A stretch of 64,000 bases of DNA from an uncultured Acidimicrobiaceae bacterium (GTDB lineage: Bacteria; Actinomycetota; Acidimicrobiia; Acidimicrobiales; RAAP-2): positions 89,681 to 153,680 of the forward strand of contig CAWKII010000001.1 of NCBI GenBank assembly GCA_963849705.1. Reading direction: 5' to 3'. Positions 58,222 through 64,000 of this stretch are shown piece by piece. How positions within the stretch are numbered: position 1 is the first letter of the stretch; every line of letters begins with the position of its first letter. Position numbers and translations under genes: made by a program. The notes below the pieces were generated by a model. That model ran no database searches and was not told the origin of the DNA. It saw only the letters and a program-made list of their open reading frames with translations.

Positions 58222-59688
58222 GTGAGCGACGACGTAGCGGAACGACTCGAGATCAGCGCCAGCGCGCTACGCATCGAAGAGAACGGCATCAACATCATTG
58301 CCGAGAACGAGCGCCGGGGACTCCCCCGGGAACTCTTCTGGCCCTGGTTCGGAGCCAACGTGTCGGTACTGGGACTCTCCTACGGGTCCTTTGTCCTGGG
58401 CTTTGGCATCTCCTTCGTCCAAGCGGCGATCGTCGGCCTGATCGGGATCGTCTTTAGCTTTTGGCTCTGCGGAGTTATCGCGACCGCTGGCAACCGCGGG
58501 TCCGCTCCCACCATGGTGCTGAGCCGAGCGGCCTTTGGCGTACGGGGGAATCGTCTGCCCTCAGCGATCTCCTGGCTGCTCTGCGTGGGATGGGAGACGG
58601 CCCTCACCGTTATCGCCGTGCTGGCGACGTCCACGGTCTTTACCCGCATCGGCTGGAGCGGGGGAACCGCCACCAAAGTCGTAGCCATGCTGGTGGTCGC
58701 CGGCCTCATCATCGTCGGTGGCGTCATGGGATTCGACCTCATCATGCGCATGCAGGCCGTCATCACTGTGGTCACGGGGGTCTTGACGGTCGTCTTCATC
58801 GCCCTCACGTTGAAGCACATCAGCTGGCACGCCGTCACCCAGGTGCACAGCGGCTCGTTTCAATCGACCATCGGTGCGCTGGTCTTTGTGATGACCGGCT
58901 TCGGACTGGGTTGGGTCAACGTGGCCGCCGACTACTCGCGCTACCTTCCCCGTAGCACCTCGCCGCGGGCCGTCGTCTGGTGGACGACCTTCGGCGCGTC
59001 GATCGCCCCCATCATTCTGCTCTTCTTCGGCCTGCTGCTCGCCGGATCATCCGCGACGCTCTCGAGCGCCGTCGGCGACAACCCGGTGGGCGCCTTGGCC
59101 AATCTCCTGCCGACCTGGTTTCTCGTGCCCTTCGTCATCGTGGCCATCCTGGGACTCGTCGGTGGCGCGGTCCTTGATATTTACTCTTCCGGTCTCGCGC
59201 TTTTGTCCGCGGGTCTCAAGATTCCGCGCTACGCCGCGGCGGGCGTGGACGGCGCGATCATGCTCGTCGGCACCGTGTACCTCGTCTTCATCAACAAGAA
59301 CTTCCTCGGACAGTTCGAGGGCTTTCTCATTACGGTGGGCGTCCTCATCGCGGCGTGGTGCGGCGTCTTCCTGGGCGATCTCGCGCTGCGCCGCAAGAAC
59401 TACGTCGACGAGGATCTCTTTCGCTCCACCGGCCGCTACGGCGACGTCCGCGTGGCGCCCACCGTCATCATCGTCCTCTCCAGCGTTATCGGTCTTGGAC
59501 TGGTGACCAACACCGCGGCCACCTGGCTGAACTGGCAGGGCTACCTGCTCGGCCCCTTCGGCCTCGGTGGCAAGAGCGGGGCCTGGGCGTACGCCAATCT
59601 CGGCGTCCTCGTGGCACTCGCCCTCAGCTTCGTGCTGACGCTCATCTTCACGCGCACCGACGTCGCGCGCGAAGAATCACTCAGTTAG
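58222..59688 (+). CDS. NCS1 purine-cytosine permease family transporter
   Basis: LFWPWFGAN, SRAAFG.RG, GWET, W...ADYSRY and about 12 TM segments. AAGGAGG RBS. Confidence 0.92.
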   Translation: MSDDVAERLEISASALRIEENGINIIAENERRGLPRELFWPWFGANVSVLGLSYGSFVLGFGISFVQAAIVGLIGIVFSFWLCGVIATAGNRGSAPTMVLSRAAFGVRGNRLPSAISWLLCVGWETALTVIAVLATSTVFTRIGWSGGTATKVVAMLVVAGLIIVGGVMGFDLIMRMQAVITVVTGVLTVVFIALTLKHISWHAVTQVHSGSFQSTIGALVFVMTGFGLGWVNVAADYSRYLPRSTSPRAVVWWTTFGASIAPIILLFFGLLLAGSSATLSSAVGDNPVGALANLLPTWFLVPFVIVAILGLVGGAVLDIYSSGLALLSAGLKIPRYAAAGVDGAIMLVGTVYLVFINKNFLGQFEGFLITVGVLIAAWCGVFLGDLALRRKNYVDEDLFRSTGRYGDVRVAPTVIIVLSSVIGLGLVTNTAATWLNWQGYLLGPFGLGGKSGAWAYANLGVLVALALSFVLTLIFTRTDVAREESLS

Positions 59689-59758
59689 CCTCGAGCGCTC
59701 ATCAAGCAGGCGATCAGACCTACGTAGACTGTTCCTGGGTCTGGTGAAGGAGCAGTGC

Positions 59759-60790
59759 ATGCGTATCGGTGTTCTGACGGCTGGAGGCGACGCGCCCGGC
59801 CTGAACGCCGCCGTCAAGGCCATCGGCGAAAGCGCGCTGCGCGACGGACACGAGATCATCGGTATAGCCAACGGCTGGGCCGGATTGGCCCAGGAGTTTG
59901 ATGGGGTCAATCTCACCGCAAGCGACCTTCGAGGAGTCATCGGCCAAGGCGGCACGATTCTGGGTACCGCCCGCTTCAACCTCGACAATCCCGAAGGCGG
60001 TCGCGACCGGGTACTGAAGGCCATCGACGAGCATCTCGACGCTCTCGTGGCCATCGGGGGCGACGGCACGCAGCGCATCACGGACTGGCTGTCCGAACGT
60101 GGCGCGCCCGTCATCGGAGTGCCCAAGACCCTCGACAACGACCTGCCGGGCACCGACTTCTGCATCGGCTTCGACACCGCCATAAATATTGTCGCCGAGT
60201 CCCTCGATCGCCTTCACACGACCGCTATCTCCCACCACCGCGTCATCGTCGTGGAAACCATGGGGCGTTCGACCGGCTGGGTGGCCGCGTTAGGAGGGCT
60301 CGCCGGCGGCGCCGACTTGATCATGATCCCTGAGTTTCCCGTCGCCATGGATCAGATCGTCGCGCACCTCAATCGACGCCGCGCGGCGGGAATCGTCTAC
60401 TCACTGGTCGTCGTGGCCGAGGGAGTCGATCTCTCCTCTCTTGGAGGAACCGAGCCGAGTGGGCTGTTGAGCGAAGGTATCGGTGGCGTACGCCACGCCA
60501 CCCGGGGGGTGGGACCGTTCGTGGCCGCGAAGATCGAAGAACTCGGTGGATTCGAGGTCCGCACCACCGTGCTCGGTCACCTGCAGCGCGGGGGCAGCCC
60601 CTCGGCGCGCGACCGCATCTTCGCCACGCGCGTCGGCACCGCCGCGTACGACGCCGCCGTCGCTGGCAAGTTCGGCATGATCCCCGTGGTGCGAGAAGAC
60701 AATGTCGTTCTCGTGCCCATCTCCTCCATCGCCACGGGCAAACGAAAAGTGCCGCGAGAGATCTACGATCTCTGTTCGTCGTTCTTCTAG
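59759..60790 (+). CDS. pfkA: ATP-dependent 6-phosphofructokinase (group III type)
   Basis: LTAGGDAPGLN, GGTILGT, IGGDGT, PKTLDND, ETMGR and LGHLQRGG. Confidence 0.93.
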   Translation: MRIGVLTAGGDAPGLNAAVKAIGESALRDGHEIIGIANGWAGLAQEFDGVNLTASDLRGVIGQGGTILGTARFNLDNPEGGRDRVLKAIDEHLDALVAIGGDGTQRITDWLSERGAPVIGVPKTLDNDLPGTDFCIGFDTAINIVAESLDRLHTTAISHHRVIVVETMGRSTGWVAALGGLAGGADLIMIPEFPVAMDQIVAHLNRRRAAGIVYSLVVVAEGVDLSSLGGTEPSGLLSEGIGGVRHATRGVGPFVAAKIEELGGFEVRTTVLGHLQRGGSPSARDRIFATRVGTAAYDAAVAGKFGMIPVVREDNVVLVPISSIATGKRKVPREIYDLCSSFF

Positions 60791-60904
60791 GTCATCCGCT
60801 CCTACACGGAGACCGCGTCAATGTCGCAACGACCCCAACTAGATTGACCTACACGACGGGCCCATTTCGTCGAGGGTGAGACGTAGGCATGGTGACGGAG
60901 GACG

Positions 60905-61621
60905 ATGAGCGTTGAGCAAGTACCGGGACCCATAGCCCTGGTCGGCTCGGGCGAGTATCTCCCCGAAATGGCCGACCTCGAGGCGAGTCTTCTCCACGGA
61001 CGTCCCCCGCGTTACGTGCAACTGGCGACCGCGGCGGTGCAAGACGGCCCGTCGGTCGTCGACCACTGGCATCAACTCGGCGTGGCCCAGGCGAAACGCC
61101 TCGGAGTAGAGCCCGTCATCGTGCCCGTCAACGACCTCCACGACGCCAACAACCCGACCTTCGCCGACATGATTGACGGCGCCGGGCTCATTTATCTCTC
61201 CGGAGGTGATCCCAACTACTTAGCTGACTCTCTTCGAGACTCTCTCGTCTGGCACGCCATCGAAGCCACCTGGCGAAACGGTGCGGCGCTCGCCGGGTGC
61301 AGCGCGGGGGCCATGGCCCTCGGATCGTGGATCCCCTCGCTGCGCCACCCCCGCCGCGGAAGCACACAGGGCCTCGGACTGCTTCCGCACCTGGGGATCG
61401 TTCCGCACTTTGACGCGTTCGCCGCGCGAGTGCCTGATCTTCTCACGCGGTTCGTTCTTCCCGACGAGTCGACCATGAGCGTGATGGGCGTCGATGAGAA
61501 GACCGCGCTGGTGGGGGGGCCTACCGAGTGGACCGTAGAGGGCCATCAGAGCGTCTGGCGTCTGACGCCCAAGGGGCGCGAGCAGTACCCCCCGGGCTCA
61601 AAGGTCACCACTCTCGGCTGA
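60905..61621 (+). CDS. Peptidase S51 / cyanophycinase-like protein
   Basis: LVGSGE, IYLSGGD, AGCSAGA, VPHFD and GVDEKTA (candidate Ser-His-Glu triad). Confidence 0.8.
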   Translation: MSVEQVPGPIALVGSGEYLPEMADLEASLLHGRPPRYVQLATAAVQDGPSVVDHWHQLGVAQAKRLGVEPVIVPVNDLHDANNPTFADMIDGAGLIYLSGGDPNYLADSLRDSLVWHAIEATWRNGAALAGCSAGAMALGSWIPSLRHPRRGSTQGLGLLPHLGIVPHFDAFAARVPDLLTRFVLPDESTMSVMGVDEKTALVGGPTEWTVEGHQSVWRLTPKGREQYPPGSKVTTLG

Positions 61622-61622
61622 G

Positions 61623-62849
61623 CTACACCGCGGCGAGTGAGTCCTTCGCCGCGAGCTTGTCGAGGTGATAGCGGATCTGTATCGACGCCGCAGCGCCCTC
61701 CCCTACCGCAGAGGCCAGTTGCTTGGTCGAACCGCGGCGCACGTCACCGGCCACGAACACCCCGGGCATGCTGGTGCGAAACTGCTCGTCGCTGATGATG
61801 AATCCGCGCTCGTCGAGGCGGAGCCCGCCGTGCAGGAACTCGGTGTTCGGATCAAGTCCGATGAAGACGAAGGCCCCAGTGGCGGCGTGACGGTAACGCT
61901 CTCCCGACACACGGTTCTCCAGTTCGACGCTCTCGAGCTTGCCGTTGTCACCGGCGTGAAAGGCGACGACTTGGCTCGACGTGATCACGGACATCTTGGG
62001 ATGAGCGCGGACCTTGTCTTGAAGAAGGCGACTGCCGGCGAGTTGCTCGGAGTACTCGACCACCGTGACGTGTTCGGCGAACTGAGTGAGAAAGAGCCCC
62101 TCTTCGAGACCACTGTTTCCTCCCCCGATGACGAGAACTTCTTTGGCTCCCCGATAAAAAGGTCCATCGCAGGTGGCGCAGAAGTGAATGCCCGAGCCGA
62201 TGAGATCAGCTTCGCCGTCGGCGCCGGTTCGGCGATAGAGCGAACCGGTGGCCACGAGAACCGCCCGCGCGCGGTACGCGTCGCCCGTGGCGGTCGTCAC
62301 TTCCACCCACTCGTCGCCCGTAGAGACCACGTCCTGTACGGCGACGGCTTGGAGGATCTCGACGCCGTAGCGCTCGGCCTGTCGGCGCATGCGATCGGCG
62401 AGTTCGTGACCGGCGACGCCGTCGGGAAACCCGGGATAGTTGTCGAGCCGCTCCGTCACTCCGGCTTGACCCCCGGGCGCAGACTTTTCGATGATGAGCA
62501 CGCTCTGGTTCTCACGCGCGGCGTAAATCGCAGCCGTCAGGCCCGTCGGCCCACCGCCCACGATGATCACGTCGTAGGTCGTCGACATGGCCGATCGCTG
62601 AAGACCCAGCTTCTCGGCTAGTTCGTCGTTCCCCGGTTCGCTCAGGTGAGAACCGTCGGGGAAGAGAATCGTCGGAATAGTGCGGCTGCCTCCGTTGATT
62701 CGCTCCACGATCTCGGTCGCCTCAGGGTGCTGTTCGAGGTCGACCCAGTCGTAGGGCACCCGTTGTTCCGAGAGGAACGCCTTCGCCCGACGACAGTCCG
62801 GGCACCAGCTCGCTCCGATGACCGTGATCGTGTCCGCTGCCAACTCCAT
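61623..62849 (-). CDS. Thioredoxin-disulfide reductase with N-terminal glutaredoxin/NrdH-like domain
   Basis: WCPDC..IPTI N-terminal domain, then GGGPTGLTAA, HFCATCDG, GGGNSG and FVAGDVR. Confidence 0.92.
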   Translation of the reverse strand: MELAADTITVIGASWCPDCRRAKAFLSEQRVPYDWVDLEQHPEATEIVERINGGSRTIPTILFPDGSHLSEPGNDELAEKLGLQRSAMSTTYDVIIVGGGPTGLTAAIYAARENQSVLIIEKSAPGGQAGVTERLDNYPGFPDGVAGHELADRMRRQAERYGVEILQAVAVQDVVSTGDEWVEVTTATGDAYRARAVLVATGSLYRRTGADGEADLIGSGIHFCATCDGPFYRGAKEVLVIGGGNSGLEEGLFLTQFAEHVTVVEYSEQLAGSRLLQDKVRAHPKMSVITSSQVVAFHAGDNGKLESVELENRVSGERYRHAATGAFVFIGLDPNTEFLHGGLRLDERGFIISDEQFRTSMPGVFVAGDVRRGSTKQLASAVGEGAAASIQIRYHLDKLAAKDSLAAV

Positions 62850-62924
62850 AGAGACCTCCCAGTACGAACTAGTCGGGAGAACCAGTCCGAAGTACTAGTC
62901 CCCCGTGGGCGTGGTCCCGTTACG

Positions 62925-63497
62925 CTAGCGGTCCGTTCGCTGCCGGTACGTCAAGATCACGACCCCTTCTTTGGTCGTCGCGACGTCGCCAAGGTTCCAC
63001 CAGGAGGGGTCGAGACCCGCGTCAAACAGATGGCTCCCCGCGCCCACCACGACGGGATGGATCCAGAGTCGATACTCATCGACCAGATCGTGGCGCTGGA
63101 GATAGCGCACGAGGTCGCGACTCCCTACGACCAGGAGTCCCTGCCCCGGCTGGGCCTTCAGATCCGCCAGGGACTCCAAGAGGTCGCCCTGGAGCAGCGT
63201 CGCATTCCACTCGACCTTTCGAAGTGTTCGTGACGCCACGAACTTGGGCATCTCGTTCAACCGTTCGGCTAGTCCCTGTAGTCCGGTGATGGTCGGCCAG
63301 ACGCGGGCGAAGGCCTGGTAGGTCTTTCGACCGAGGAGCAGCGCGTCGACGCTCGTCATCTGAGCGACCATCACTCGAAGCTGATCGTCGCCGATGAACT
63401 CCGTCTGCCATCCCCCTCGGGGGAACTCGCTGGCGTCTCCGGGTGCCTGCATCACTCCGTCGAGCGAGAGGAACTCCTGCACGATCACCGGTCTCAC
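62925..63497 (-). CDS. RibD C-terminal / dihydrofolate reductase-like protein
   Basis: FLSLDGVMQ, LLGRKTY, PKFVASRTL, LVDEYRL and PVVVGAG. Confidence 0.9.
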   Translation of the reverse strand: MRPVIVQEFLSLDGVMQAPGDASEFPRGGWQTEFIGDDQLRVMVAQMTSVDALLLGRKTYQAFARVWPTITGLQGLAERLNEMPKFVASRTLRKVEWNATLLQGDLLESLADLKAQPGQGLLVVGSRDLVRYLQRHDLVDEYRLWIHPVVVGAGSHLFDAGLDPSWWNLGDVATTKEGVVILTYRQRTDR

Positions 63498-63558
63498 GCG
63501 AGCCCCCTTTGTTCTAGAAGATACTTCGAACCACAGAAGCTGGCCTAGCGTCGCCCTC

Positions 63559-64000
63559 ATGCTCGCCAACGACGACCAGACGAGGTCCTTCGCCTCGTCC
63601 GGGCGCGCCGTCGTCATCTTGGTCGCTCTGGGGCAGATCGCCTTCGCCGCCGGTATCGCCCTTTGCGTGGTCTTGAGTCCTCATCTCGACCTTCACGTCA
63701 ACGAGGGAGGCATCAGCAACTTCGGCGTGCACGCGAAGACGGTCGCGCCCTACACCGTGGCCCTGGCGTCGCCCGCTCTCCTTAGCTATCTCGCGTCACG
63801 ACTGGTCTACCGGCACTCGGCTGAAGGTCACCTGCGGGTCGTTCTTCGCGCGTACAGCGGACTGATTCTCTTGACGCTGCTCACCACGTACACCTACAAG
63901 ATCGACACCCCTCTCAAGATCATCCACGTGGCCGTGGGGGTGGTTCTCACCATCTTTGAGATGGGAGCGTCACTGTGGATGAGTCACGAGATCCACGCTC
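63559..64000 (+). CDS. Multi-TM membrane protein, 3' part beyond the window (DUF998-like, tentative)
   Basis: Manual translation, open to the window edge: MLANDD...VVILVALGQIAFAAGIALCVV..EGGISNFGVH..., with at least four hydrophobic segments. Confidence 0.6.
   Translation, partial: MLANDDQTRSFASSGRAVVILVALGQIAFAAGIALCVVLSPHLDLHVNEGGISNFGVHAKTVAPYTVALASPALLSYLASRLVYRHSAEGHLRVVLRAYSGLILLTLLTTYTYKIDTPLKIIHVAVGVVLTIFEMGASLWMSHEIHA

Noticed and set aside
61665-62621. 318-aa plus-strand ORF
   Set aside because: It is an antisense shadow of the thioredoxin reductase.
62850-62924. SigH/SigR-type promoter for the TrxB fusion
   Set aside because: No GGAAY-N18/19-GTT with correct spacing.

Overview
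High-GC actinobacterial chromosome segment, most consistent with Acidimicrobiia (inferred from gene content and order, not from a database search). Most of 1-40 kb is core genome: a glycosyltransferase/Rmd-like cell-surface glycan cluster, F420 genes cofD-cofE, tRNA-Leu(UAA), an NlpC/P60 hydrolase, the glmU-prs-rplY-pth-mfd-PPIase-mazG-eno-divIC-DUF501-ppx block, tRNA-Gln(UUG), an MprAB-like two-component system, and the rsmI-metG-tatD-(PASTA/RlpA)-rsmA-ispE block. Two tiny ribosomal-protein ORFs missing from the ORF track were found by eye: bS22 (27935-28036) and a bL37-like protein (33823-33906). 40-50 kb holds a four-gene GT4 / methyltransferase / alpha6-barrel / methyltransferase cluster resembling the mycobacterial 3-O-methylmannose polysaccharide (MMP) locus, next to an acyl-CoA dehydrogenase, an SDR and a P450. 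50-64 kb holds pstSCAB with a PHO-box-like repeat and assorted accessory metabolic genes, including a glutaredoxin-thioredoxin reductase fusion. Other oddities: GlmU lacks its acetyltransferase end, a PASTA-PASTA-RlpA protein occupies the usual RpfB/YabE slot, PstS has no lipobox but carries a small Cys-paired N-terminal module, and MetG has non-canonical signature motifs. No transposase, integrase, prophage, CRISPR array or rRNA was seen. All family calls come from recognising motifs by eye.
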